Assembly (NCBI RefSeq): GCF_021869535.1
Contig: NW_026262679.1
Span: 89,838,001 to 89,902,000 of the forward strand
DNA: 64,000 bases
From: Mytilus californianus
Lineage: Eukaryota
Direction of reading: 5' to 3'
Shown one piece after another: positions 25,020-37,861 of this stretch; the stretch's first letter is position 1; the number at the start of each line of letters is the position of its first letter. The notes under the pieces are model-generated. The model did not search any database and was not told the origin of the DNA. It saw only the letters and a program-made list of their open reading frames with translations. Both the position numbers and the translations under genes were made by a program.

Positions 25020-25489
25020 ACAAATTTTTGCACCTCATGTTTGCGGTACACCATCTTTTCCGCAAGTTTATTGTTTTCTGTTTGGTATTAAATTAATAAT
25101 AAAGATCCATTTTTTTTACATCTTGTGATCCGTTTATTTGGCAATCGCCATGGCAGTCAGCAGGGTTTAAGAACATCCGTTGTTCGACCTGCTAGTCAAA
25201 TGCGTTTTGTTAAAATATACCTTTTCACTAAATTGGTCTTTTGGAAAATGTTGTTCGTGCTGTATTTAGACCCCTCTACCAAGAATTTTGTTTTGCATGC
25301 ACACGTATAAAAATTGCGGTTTTTATACCAACGCAATCATAGGTTTGAACGTTGTTTCAATTTAGACTTGTTTATATATATATATATGTATAATTTTGCT
25401 GGTTTACGAATATTGGCTATTATTTTTAAAATCTTTTTGGTCATATTGCTCTTCAACTGTTTCGGTTCTTATACGTCCTGGCTTTTAAA

Positions 25490-26112
25490 TACCGTATATC
25501 GGGGTTTTTTCGCGTCAACTTTTTTTCGCGATTTGATGACAAAATGGCAGGTTAAATTTTCACTGTGTATAATTTCCGCTGAATGGGAAAATACACGCGA
25601 AAAAAATCACCGTATCGAATTGTTAGAGATATAAACAATACAAACTAGATTGACTGACTGAGAATCGATAACAAATAAATACGAGTACTTCAAACTAAAA
25701 TACACGTAATGTTTGAGTTATGACAACACTCAATTGATCGTCGCTAATTACCTCAACGTTTTTGGACATGTCACTGATTGCTGTGTTGTCACAATGGGAT
25801 GGCATGTATGATTAGTCAATTTAATTATTATGAAAACAGATGTTTTAATTAATTATGCACACTTTTGTGATAAGCCGAAACACAAAATTCTAATTTTAAA
25901 GATATTGTAAATTCAAAATTTAGGGTGAAATGAGTCTGCATATCAATTTCGTGTAAACTCGACAATCAACAGTATAATATATGAAACGTTTAGACAGCGA
26001 TAAATCAAGGAATATGCAGGGAAATTTGCGCGGGGTAAAATGTTTGCGTTTCTTTAGGTGCCGCGAACAAAGCGAAAATTAAAAAACGCGAAAAAAAAAC
26101 CGATATAGAGTA
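25490..26112. mobile_element. MITE with TACCGTATATCGG...CGCG terminal inverted repeats
   Basis: taccgtatatcggggttttttcgcg versus cgcgaaaaaaaaaccgatatagagta. A second copy in opposite orientation lies at 61642-62359. Confidence 0.65.
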
Positions 26113-26113
26113 G

Positions 26114-26550
26114 TCGGCTTTGAATGTTCCTGATGAAGTTAAACTCCGAAAAACGCTTAAAACACATGAACTTTATAAGCGTTCCTTTTGTATTTTACAG
26201 CTCTGGTCAATACCGCGGCTGGTGGACGATCAGCCTTTAGGGGAATTATCAGCGCAGTAGTCAGTACTTCGGTACTAACTTTATTTAAAACGAACCCTTC
26301 TACGATTGTCCATTTATAACTTAAAAGATTTTAAAGAAAAAAAGGTTTCAACTCCCTAAGGCTAAATTAACCCTAGATTGATTTTGCTATTACTTTTAGG
26401 TTCTTTTGGGTTATAAACATGTAGCTCTTCAACAGTTTCAGTTCGTATACATCCTGGCTTGCTTTCAGACATTCGGCTTGAGTGTTCCCGTTGAAGGTAG
26501 ATCCAGAAAAGCGATTCGGCCGCATGACATTAATAAAGTGTCGTTTTCAT
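26114..26550 (+). mobile_element. Degenerate retrozyme-like unit (~358 bp) bounded by two decayed hammerhead motifs
   Basis: gttc-CTGATGA-agttaaactcc-GAAA-aacgct at 26130 and gtgttc-CCGTTGA-aggtagatcca-GAAA-agcgat-TC-ggccgc at 26488. The internal ggctggtggacg...cagtagtcagtacttcggt resembles the 355-bp family. Confidence 0.6.
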
Positions 26551-27169
26551 TTTGTTTAATGCATGCTCCATTATGTGTTGAATTATATAAAAATATTTAT
26601 AGAAAGATTAATGGTTAATTTTGATGTGTAAAATTTGTTTGCAAAAGAATGAGATGGGATGAAAGGTTTATGGACGGTATATTGAATGACATGCTGATGA
26701 ATGTTTAGAATTTGAACATTCAATATTTAATTCAATGGATCATGAGAGCGATTTAAATGATTTAAACAAACTGCCTTCAAAAATTTGGGAATGATACACC
26801 ATAATGGAAGTTGAAATTACAAATTATTGCAAACATTGCGTCAATACAAATACATGCAAAGGTAGAAAATTCTTTGTTGAAACTGATTTACCATGGATTT
26901 CGGAAGATTGTAAGAACCATTATAGACAGTGCAAATTGGCTTTTAATAATTTTAGTGTAAACTATTCAGATGACAACAAAATAAAACTGAACTTTACTAA
27001 GCAGAAACATGAAACATAAATTTAGGTAGATAAATAGTAACTCTAAATTTCAAATTTTGGTCATCTAAGGTTATCATTATAAGATCTGCGATCAAGGATT
27101 CATCTGGTACTGCGTCTATATCGGTGTCTAATGTGTATCATCGCACCAGAAATTATGAAGTCAATGGTT

Positions 27170-28800
27170 TATGATCAGCATACTGAGAAAAAAGTAAAAT
27201 CACAAAAATACTGAACTCCGAGGAAAATTCAAAAAGGAAAGTTCCTAATCAAATGGCAAAATCAAAAGCTCAAACATATCAAACGAATGGATAACAACTG
27301 TCATATTCCTGACTTGGTACAGGATTTTCTTATGTAGAAAATGGTGGATTGAACCTGGTTTTATAGCTAGCTACACCTCTCACTTGTATGACAGTCGCAT
27401 CAAATTCCATTATATTGACAACGATGCGTGAACAAAACAAACAGACAAAATAAGTAAAAATGTCAAAAATAGGGGTACAGCAGTCAACATTGTGTTATCA
27501 TCTTAATCACTATAAAAACAAACAAATGTAAAAAGAAGCACAAAAAGGCATACATCACATTTAACATCCTCGTTTTGCTTTTTTTATTATACGATTTTAT
27601 TTATCTATGTAAAATCCACCAATAAAGGATGGAAGGTTTTAAGTACTGGCATAGAATCGCGCGTTTGACGTCACACAGGTAGATATAAAATAATTTTGTT
27701 GTTCAAAGTATGACGGGATACATAAGTACAGAGTCACGTCAAATGGATATCACAAAAAACAGACTTAACAGTATAAGTAATATTAATAAAGACACATAAA
27801 AGAATACTATAACACGTTATTAAGATGATAACAACGTCAGTACGCAGAATCTATACTTCAAGACCATCGTGTATTATTTGTGAAGTTGATACGGTATATT
27901 TATAAACAAGGTCTTGGTACCTTCCGATGAACTTTTTTAGAAAAAGGACGAGACGTTCTTTGACATACCCCTGGTTCATCAACTTTCTGCTCAGACACTG
28001 GTGACGTTTTACAAAATCTGAGTAGGAGCTGCAAGCTCTTGAATACCGATTAAGTTGGGAAATTTATATCCCATATGCAGATGAAGTTGTTATATTGCTA
28101 CTAAGGTGGGGGAAATTTATAATTTCAAAATTAAAATCGTCTCGTTTGTCATAGATTCTGGTACTGAGATGACTGTGTATGTCAAATTCGAAGTATAAGT
28201 CTAAAAATGAGGCGGAAGAAGCCGTGTCTGTTTTTTCTTTAATTTCTAGTTCTGGGGGATATATTAATGGAACCCAATCAGAAAAGTTCGGATTGTTAAT
28301 GGAAAGAACATCATCAATATATCTGAAAGTGAAATTAATTAACCTGGCTTCTATGATCGTCTTGTTTTTGACAAGTGTCTGAAGGAACTCCGATTCATAT
28401 GAAAATAAGAAAAGGTCGGCAAGGAGAGGCGCACAGTTTGTTCCCATAGGAATGCCGACAATTTGTTGAAAAAGTCTACCTCCAAATTTCACATGGGGAA
28501 TGGTGGTATACAAGGTAGAAAAATCAAAAGTTTTGATAGAACTAATTTCAGAAAAAGACCGAGATTTGAAATTATCCAGAAGTTCTTTAGAGTTTTTAAG
28601 AATCCACATATGGTTAATACCACTATGCGAGTAAACAGTTTCACAGTATTTCTGAAGACCCTTTCACTGTTGACAGAATTTTAGTCAATCTAATGGACAA
28701 TTCTTTAGTGGAACATGCAGATGAGGCGGCAATGTACCGTTGTTTGTACGTAATTTTATGAATTTTAGGTATCCAATACAAACAAGGTAAGTAAGGTTAG
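27170..28800 (-). mobile_element. Penelope-like (Naiad-type) retroelement fragment, family C: RT with internal deletion plus 3' tail
   Basis: LYWIPKIHK..YKQRYIAASS, KTFDFSTLYTTIPH|VKFGGRLFQQIVGIPMGTNCAP, FRYIDD, IYDKRDDF. The stretch normally between TIPH and the GIPMG region is missing. Confidence 0.9.
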
Positions 28801-30099
28801 AGTATCAATAATAAGTTGTGGCATGCAGACGGTATTCAGTTTGGATTGTTATCAACCCAAAACAGTTGTTTTCATTTTAATATGGCGTCTGAAACATGTT
28901 ATATAATATGTTATTTGACAAGCAGGTCTATGCAGACTACTCGTTCTATTAGAATCAATTATTTAAATTGTAAATATCAGTTGATTAAGACAGTAGTCAT
29001 GTCTGATGAAAATTCTAAAGGAAGCCTTGCATATACTGAAAATCGTTTACGACCCATTCCATTCAATGTGTTTGTTAAAAATAGGTACATTGTATTTTAA
29101 GTGAACTAATATGCTTTATATAAAAGTGCATACGAATCTACTATACCCTTCATTTTATACATGATCATGGTTTTTAAATGCTTTTTGTTAGGTTTACGGA
29201 CTGTATAGCCTTCTTGTTATATGGTTTGTAACTTTCTTGTGGCAATGTTTTTTTCGTGTTTTGATTATTTTCCAGTGTTTTTTCTTTTTGAAAAGTCTAC
29301 ATCATGGTTCCCTTTTTCAGGTATTATATGTCAATTTTATTTCGCTATTTATCTTAGCCATGCATCTATCTTACATTTGCCTAAATTCTGTAAGACCTCT
29401 TTCAAGGAATTGTTCTGAAAAATACAAAAGCAGATACAATTTTAAATAAATATGTATATAATTAGTGGTTACTTTTAAATGCGTCAACATGTAAAATCGT
29501 ACAAAATAGTAAAATTATGGGATTCTGAGAAATCGAGGGATATTGAAAAACACAATCTGCAAATCAAGAAATTATAAGGATAGGTTCTTATACACATATA
29601 TTTGGTCGATTTGTTAGATTCTCACATGCTATGCAAATTCAAAGTAACACTTGTTTCGTTTTGGAATAAATTGCTGTCGAGGGATTTCGAGCTATGTTAG
29701 TTTTTTCAACATTGATGCATATCTTACATCGATATTTAAAAAAATAAAAACAGTTAATTTCTAAAGGTAATTGTTTTGATGATACAATTGATTTTCAACT
29801 CTAGTTATGATTTATTTCAACCCTCATAATTCTTTTATCTCACAAACTTCAATATGAAACATCAAAGTAACCTTGGACTATTGCCTAATATATGACAGCT
29901 ACAGATGACAAACTAAAAATATAAGAATGAAAGTAAATACGACCATGTCTCAAATATCCGTTGCGTCCTAAAAGTGGTCATATATTCTTAAAGGTTGCCA
30001 ATTCCACACTGTAATTGGATATTTGAATATTGTTTTTATTGGTAAATTAAAACCATACTTAATATTGATGCTATACAGATATGCAAATTCATGGTTTCC

Positions 30100-30320
30100 A
30101 TAATATGTTGTTTTTCGTAAATTGTTTTGTTATTAATTAGACCATTAGTTATTGAATTTAATTGTTTCATATATTGTTTCATTTCGGGGCCTTTTATAGC
30201 CAACTATCCGGTATGGGTTTTTTTGCATTGTTGAAGGCCTATAATTGCTTACATCCACTTCATTGTAACTTTGGTGGATAATGGTCTTACTGGCAATCAT
30301 TCAACATCTCCTTATTTTCT
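30100..30320 (+). mobile_element. Repeat family A copy (partial)
   Basis: atttcggggccttttatagcc...tggcaatcattcaacatctccttatt. Confidence 0.65.
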
Positions 30321-33300
30321 CTTATAGTTACATTAGTGGTTTTTCAATGTAAGACCTTAAAAATAGTAAAACTTTTTCTTTCATCTGTACCCGGGTCCTC
30401 TTAATACTGATCATAACATTAAAAAAAATATAACTTAGTAATTCTTAAAACTTATTTGCCCTTATTTATTTAAAGCATTAACTTATCATAAAAGAGTTTT
30501 ACGAGCTATGCTTATGGAATAACTTGAAATTATTAAATTGAATTTTTTACTTGATTTAAGTACAGATGGGTGCAATCCTAACATGTAAAGCTAGTTAACT
30601 TGATGACCAGACTTTATGACAGGATTTATGACTGACCAGACCGGTCCTACTACAGAATTCATGTTAACAAATAAGAAGACTTGGTCATAGGACTGTTTTT
30701 AAGACTGCCCGAAAAGTTAACTTTACGGCAGGTCTAACATTGAAGTTAACTCTGGACGAAGTGAAATTTGCCTAAACAAGTCCTACAGAAAAAGTTAATT
30801 TGTGACCAGTTCTGTTATTAAAAACAGTCATTGGACTGGACTGCTCTGTCCGAACCAGACCGGTTCTAATAAAAGTTAACTTATTATAATTAATATTATG
30901 TTAATATTTGAATATATTTGGAAATCATATGTTACTCTTTAATTTTATCACAAGAAATTCAGTTTAAAATTGGTATAAAATCAGTGTTTTTTAATGATGC
31001 ACAAAGTTATATTTATGAAATCTTGCCCATTGTTTCTCAAATTTTATGTCGTACCAATACTTCAATGAATACAATAGAGGAAAACGAAATTTCTGTCTGG
31101 TATTTCATAGTTGAAGCAATTAAATGTTATGCATTTATTTTTTTACAATTTTTCAAAATTCAAACACCCTGCAATTCAGGTTTCCATATCAATGTATCAA
31201 AATTATTTCAGTGCTCAATATTGTAGAAATTATGTAATGGCAATAAGTCTTTTTTTATGAATTCAGACTATTTCTGAAAAAAGCATATTTTACCATTTTG
31301 TATGGTGGTATTTTAACAAGTATTTCCGGAAAAGCAATGTGTTGCCGAGGGAACCAGTGAATATGATAAAAATTATATTGTTTTCTTGTTATAAATATCA
31401 TGCAATATATTATTTAACACCAATCTTATAAAAAATTTTTTTTTTCAACATTCCAATCGATCCTCAGTGCTTCCTGACATGGCCTTAATTGAAATAATAC
31501 ATTTTCATAGTAATGAAAATATATCAGCCATTTCAAGGACTGAATGAAAAGTGATTTTATGGATATATCAAATTACTTGAAAAATATTTCAAACTCTCAA
31601 ATTTTCAAAAGGATTCAAAATCTTTGTTGTTCCCGGTTCCCCGTCACAACACGGTTAGTGGCAGAATAAGGGGAAAGATATGGATTTCCTGGACTCCACC
31701 CTCTGTCTGTATGCCCGTAAATATGTCTTATAATCGCTCTCAAACTAATAATTCGTCCCAGGTTTTTATGGAATTATATCAAAGGTTGATGACAACAATT
31801 CCTCGAACGAGTTCGAAAAAAAAGTGCTGATGAAGTAAATCAAATGAGTTATGATCATTGGTAAAATGAATTATATGGAAAATTGCATCGTAAAGGCTCA
31901 CATGCCTACATTCCAAATCGGATTTAAATAAAATTTGTATATCAAAGGTTTTTATCAGGAAGGTCTTTGACGAGTTCGATAATCAGCACAAAAACATTTT
32001 TTTGGGTAGGAGTTATGCCATTTGGAAATATAAATTTTTTGGAAAATTGCATTGTAAACAATATCACGTCTACATTTTTTGTAGGATATTAATGAAAACG
32101 TTTAACAAAAAAAAATTGTTTTTTATATAATGGAGTTTATGTTCAAAAGGGCACATTGGTGGACTGTTCTTTACTGATATCAAAACTATAAAAATTAATA
32201 CATCTACTTCAGTGGAATATCTGAACACACTAGCATGAACAACCTGTTTGAAAAATGGGTATTTACATAGATACAAATAAATAGATACACAAGTTACCTC
32301 TTTTATTGTTTCTGTTTTCATTGCTATATTATAAGTGTATTGCCGATTCGCTTTTTCCTGTTTATGCATGCATAAAAGCGAAAAGAAAATCGTTCATCCA
32401 TAGAAATGGTTTTTAGTGACTATGATGACTATGGGTTCATGTTATTTGATAATGTTTAGGAGTAATTAAATAATGCTCAAATAAAAATTATTTTACATGT
32501 CAAACAATTAAATTGTAATTTGTCAATGAAAATGCACCGTCAGTGGATTTATTTTTGCTTGGTAGTTGTAAAGCCTGAGTAATAGCGAAGATAAAGAAGA
32601 AAAGGTAAGAACTATTATTATTGTACATTTAACTGAACCAATAATGTATTCAAGTATTTGAAATTGGATAATAATAAAGTTCAAAGTAATCCTTTCCAGC
32701 ATCTAAAGTTCGGCACTATCAAATGCATTTATAATGATAATAATATTTATTCAACTAAAAAGCAGAATGAAATATCACAAGGAACAGATATCACTGTTCT
32801 GACTCAGTAGTACTAGAGACAAAGATAACAAATCAATATCCCGTTTTACCCTTAGCATGTTGATATAGTGGAACTGTTGAGAAAGAGATACCTAATTACA
32901 ATTCAGACTGGGAAATTATCTAAACATTAAACTTAATTAAAGAAGTCTTGACATCAGCTATCCCGTCTCTTCTTTAATATACTGACGGACTTTATATACG
33001 CAACCCAAGATAACATTTTGAGTTTGATTTTCAAATATATATTACTTGTATAAAACATATGTAAACATAAATGTATTCATAACTTTATTATCTAAATAGC
33101 GTTTGCAGTTCAAAAGATGAATGATGACGTCACTTTTAATGTTCAAATAATGTTGTATGGAATGAAACCCTAGTATTCCGTTTTCTCCTTATGCATGACT
33201 GTTTGTAACCTACACCTAATGATTGACAGAAGGTCGAACAGTTCTGTGGGGGATGTTTTGATATCAGTTTTGTCCCTACTGATTATGCCTCTGTCTCGTA

Positions 33301-35575
33301 CATTACAGTCTGTTATGACAATTGTGCGGTTAAATCGGTAACCGTTTAATAATTTTCTGCCGTGGATTCTTTGGAATATAAGCTTATGGAAGAAAACAAA
33401 TTTGGCGCTAATCGGTCTGTCATAACAGCCATGACTTTGATAGCAGTCGACGTTGCAATCGTTAATTTGACTCAACTTAATAGCGTAATAGAATTTTATT
33501 GATGTAGCGTTGTAACTACGGGTTGACCTGGTCATTGATGGTCATTAATAAATCATGTTTGTTTCTACCATTGTTGTAAGGACTGAAAGGTGAATTTCTT
33601 TCGTGAAAGTGTTTAGCAACAGCACGTTGGCTGATTCTTGCATTAGCATGCTAATGACCTGATTCATGATGAAAATTACCGAACATCATATAGGACATCC
33701 CAAAAACTGTTATTTAGATTCAAGATCAAGAATGTTATAAATTGTGATCAAGGATCAAAATAATTATCATGAATTGATTAATTCGTTATCACGAATTGAA
33801 TTTGTTATCTCAAATTTTGAAATTCGTTAGCAAGAATTCGATCTGATAATCAGTGATGAACTTTTTCCAAGGGATGTCTTAAATTGGTTCCGATAGAAAA
33901 TGTCTTTAAAGATGATAAACATTCTGTTGATACTTATATTTTGGTATTTCGCAAAGTTAGAAATTTTCAAGACCTTTTCTAATTCTAATTAGAAAAAGGT
34001 AATATCGGGATAAAATGTCTAACATGCGTCTCCTGATATGTATACACTACCCGCCATACGAATCCAATCTCAGTTTGAATATCACAATCATGAATAGCAC
34101 GCAATCTATAAAAACTACAGATCGCAAAAACATGTCGCAAATGAGTTGAGATACAGACATATCATATTTGCTAACAGACCGTAATCGTGACCGTAACATT
34201 TTTGTCAATTTCCGTCGGTCCTCCTCTAACCCTATTGAAACAGTTTGGGTTTAACAACCACAACCCTGCAAATCAAGTCATGACGATGTAAACATGAATG
34301 AGCGTTATTTTTCACTTGAACTATATTTGTATGTAAACTCCATAGAATGAAAGGGTATCTTTCTGCTGAAAAATTGAAAGCTGACAATTGAAAAGTGAAA
34401 TCATCACGTTTGTTATATTGTTTTTTAGTTTGAGGTCGTCCATTGAATATCCTTAATCGCCATTTCACTGGAATATGTAAGTTGTTATTCAGAGACATCA
34501 ATATATCTTCAAGTGAAATTAACGACCTTTTATTTTTGTTGGTCTTTTAGAAGGTTTTGTATGAATTCTGCTTCACATGAATACAAAAGCTTTTGGCCAG
34601 TATTGTACAATACACTCCATAAGAAAATGATCTGTTCATCGTGTAGTCCATGTATTTTAACTACAATAAACATCCTAAAAGTGGTCATCAAACTAATCTT
34701 ATTTCATTCTGTGTAATACATTGATAAATAACAAATCTATTGATCCAAGAAATCAAACATATACCAAAAAATTGTTGTGATCGAAAATAAAACCGACGTC
34801 ATTGCAAAGTTATAGATTTTTAGTACGCTATTCATCGACTGGTCCATTAAAACATAACATACGTTCATAAAAATTTTAACACATGTATATAACGACTATG
34901 ATTTATTTAATATGTGATAACATTAGCTAAAGCTACTACCAAAAGATTTGACGCATACTCGAATCAAACCAGTTAGTACATGTATTGCTTGTATATTTTT
35001 GTATAAACCATTAACATTAAAAAAGGACCACGTATGATTTTTGTTATTTGATCTGGCAGTGAAAAATATATTTGATATTCTTGTCGTCTATGAGTTATTA
35101 CATAATGTACTCTATGCTTAAGGATTTACTCGGCTATTGAGTTACTTTAAGTTTTCAATGCGCATGCACCGTAAGTAAAACAATTCTCATAAGAGTAAAT
35201 AAAATCGAAGTCGTAGAATGTATTTCATTCTAAGGTAGGATGTAAACTGAATCTACCTTTTTCTGAAATCTCCGAAATTGTAATACTGTATTCATGTTTT
35301 GTGGAATTTTTAAAGTGGATTGATTGTTATTTGTTGAACATCACTGAATATATTTTATATCAGTTGCTGACTTTTTTCTTGATTATCTGTAAACAGGAGA
35401 TACCTATGCAACATTATATTGTAAATACAAATACCAAAATCTAATAATTTATACAAAAATGTGAAACAATTGGAATAACGCAAGGTTTCAGAAATGAATA
35501 TTTAAACACACGCCATTGATAACCACTAACCTGTATAATTCTTCTTTTGCAGGATACATATTTTACTGACGAATA

Positions 35576-36604
35576 ATGGACAAATTGAAGAACTCCTCAA
35601 AATGTGTCTTAATAATTATTGCCATTTCTGTATTCTTAATACTATTCCGTCATACGATGATAAAGGTTAGCGACGAACATGTAAAATCCAATTATACTGA
35701 GCTGACGCCTAACAAACGTGATTCATATTTTTCAACATATTTAGATGAAATTAAAAAGACAAAGTTAATATGTGGCCAACTGTGTAATACATCACGAAAC
35801 GGAACTCCAGGAGTTTTCTTCGATAGAATTACAGCCACTATACATTGTGAAGCATTATTTCAAAGCAAATATGTTGATTCATCTCATGGACTTGAGTATG
35901 CCCCAAGAAAAATACCTTCAATTCTATGGAATGATTATACCATGAATGGACAAATAAAAGTACACACGGCCTATTTTAACCAACCCTATCTTGGTAATAC
36001 TGCGAGGACACCTATTTGGACCAAATCCTTACTCGAGAAGTATATAGCGCGAGCAAAGGAAGGTAAACTGTTTGGTGTTTACGGAATATCTGAAACTAAC
36101 GCATTAAGAGACGGTCTACTACATGCACCAGGAGTGAAAGGAGGGCGTGTTCTAGTCATCGGATCCGAAAAACCATGGGTTGAAGCATGCTTGCTTGAAA
36201 TAGGTGCAAAGAGTATTGTTACACTTGAATATGGAAGGATTGAATCTGAACATGACCAAATAGCTACGATGATTCCATCTGAATATAGACGAAAATTTTT
36301 AGATAATTCATTAGGATTATTTGACGCAGTTGTATCATTCATGTCCATAGAACATTCTGGACTAGGAAGGTATGGGGATGCTTTGAATCCTTGGGGCGAT
36401 TTAATAGTAGTAGCTAGGGCTTGGTGTGTAACAAGAACAAATGGATCTCTTGTACTTGGTGTTCTATACGACATAAATAATGATTACATAACATTTAATG
36501 CACACAGGTGTTATGGTAAAAAAAGATATCCTTATCTGACAACAAATTGGATTCAACATTATTTGGGGAAAGGACTACAGCGGGTTCATGTATTCACAAA
36601 ATAA
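35576..36604 (+). CDS. DUF268-family (methyltransferase-like) type II membrane protein, 342 aa, single coding exon
   Basis: N-terminal anchor CVLIIIAISVFLILF. Motifs VLVIGSEKPWVE, TLEYG, SIEHSGLGRYGDALNPWGDL and FNAHRCYG typical of DUF268. Acceptor ttttgcag about 24 nt upstream of the ATG implies a 5'-UTR intron. Confidence 0.82.
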   Translation: MDKLKNSSKCVLIIIAISVFLILFRHTMIKVSDEHVKSNYTELTPNKRDSYFSTYLDEIKKTKLICGQLCNTSRNGTPGVFFDRITATIHCEALFQSKYVDSSHGLEYAPRKIPSILWNDYTMNGQIKVHTAYFNQPYLGNTARTPIWTKSLLEKYIARAKEGKLFGVYGISETNALRDGLLHAPGVKGGRVLVIGSEKPWVEACLLEIGAKSIVTLEYGRIESEHDQIATMIPSEYRRKFLDNSLGLFDAVVSFMSIEHSGLGRYGDALNPWGDLIVVARAWCVTRTNGSLVLGVLYDINNDYITFNAHRCYGKKRYPYLTTNWIQHYLGKGLQRVHVFTK

Positions 36605-37764
36605 AATCAGTTATCATACATCTAATATTAACTTCCCGTATCTTCATTTATCCTAAAAACGGATGTACAAATGTGATACCGATCTTTATCCGTGATAAAG
36701 CGATTTCAAAACATCTATTCGACGTCATATCGTTTAATCTTGTTAGACGCCGCGGTTAATGAGCCATTTCATGTTCAGCTCGAAGAAGATACAAACACAT
36801 TCAGATTAAAGATGCGCTCAACTTCGATATACACCAACGAATGACTGCCCGGATGACGTGACCTTCACCTCACTTTCATCTTTGATTGATTAAAAAGTTC
36901 AGTATTCATTTTATTTCAAAATATGAAAGATTGAGGTTAAACTGTATTTTGCTTTTTTATATGCTCATTGTATGTTTAGTCGACAACCTGCCTTGGTTCA
37001 TCTTACGGGTATTAAGTATGTGTGATAATGTATCTAGTAAGACCTTAATCTCAAAGACCTTCAATATAAGATTTATTCATAATTAGTTAAGAAGACCAGG
37101 CAGTCTTCTTCGCAGTTAATAACTGAAAAACCTGGTCTTTGACATAATGTATAAATCCTGGTCTTCCCTGTCATTTTTAAGCACTTTTATTCTTTCGACT
37201 TTTCGTCTGTATGTGAAACCACAAGAGTTTAGGCCTAAAAAATTTCCCCGGTGTTTAAATTATATTTCTAAAGATTTTTTTAAAAATAATTTTTATTTAT
37301 TTTCACCTAATTAATGTGTTTTTGTTCCTGATCATACGACCTTAGAATAACAGTATTTTATAAGTGCTTACCCTCTATTCCTATTTTCTCGTAAGAATAG
37401 AGGGATAGCACAAATAAGATACTGTTATTGTAAGATCATGTGAATTGGAGCAAAACCGAATTGAATAACTAAAAATAACTTAAAATATATAAGAATTTTG
37501 TTTATTCCAAAACACAAAACTAAACGCCAAAATAAACAGGAGAAAGAGGCGTTCAATGCCCAAGCTGTCTGTGAGTAAAACAAATGACTTCATGTCTATA
37601 ATGACTTACATGGAAACATGTTTTACTGTAATTTATCTAGTGAGTAAAATTCACTCTATTTCATTAACCATGTAACAATGAAATGAGCCAAAATTTCATT
37701 TTTCGAAAGTCTAAATTTATGACACGTTGAAGGGTAACTTATCAACTCTCATTGCAGTAATTAA

Positions 37765-37834
37765 CCGGACCATATGAGTATACACGCATATGGTCATGAC
37801 CATACGCGTATGGTCCAAATACTCATATGACCCG
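37765..37834. repeat. 70-bp nested palindrome
   Basis: Outer arms cggaccatatgagtat / atactcatatgacccg. Inner perfect palindromes tatggtcatgaccata and gaccatacgcgtatggtc. Confidence 0.8.
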
Positions 37835-37861
37835 TAACATGTATATGCCATTTGATGAGTT

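Larger units (their letters stand above)
24211..25377 (+). mobile_element. Tandem array of ~538-bp units (2.2 copies), each with a hammerhead ribozyme; retrozyme-like
   Basis: Unit start tttgttttgcatgcacacgtataaaaattgcgg at 24211, 24749 and 25287. Units are highly similar. (TA)n runs flank both sides. Confidence 0.85.

Noticed and set aside
24211-25377. CRISPR-like or plain satellite interpretation of the tandem arrays (also 62831-63498)
   Set aside because: Units are wholly repeated with no unique spacers, the context is eukaryotic, and each unit carries a hammerhead motif.
33170-33575. 121-aa minus ORF, and a plus-strand stop-interrupted frame vaguely Ig-like (VAIVNLTQLNSVIEFY*CSV)
   Set aside because: Neither reading has diagnostic residues in correct spacing, and the plus frame has five or more stops.
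36079-36474. 131-aa ORF antisense to the DUF268 gene (likewise 22069-22272, 12314-12580, 28179-28382, 47766-48002)
   Set aside because: Shadow ORFs on the opposite strand of real or relic coding sequence.
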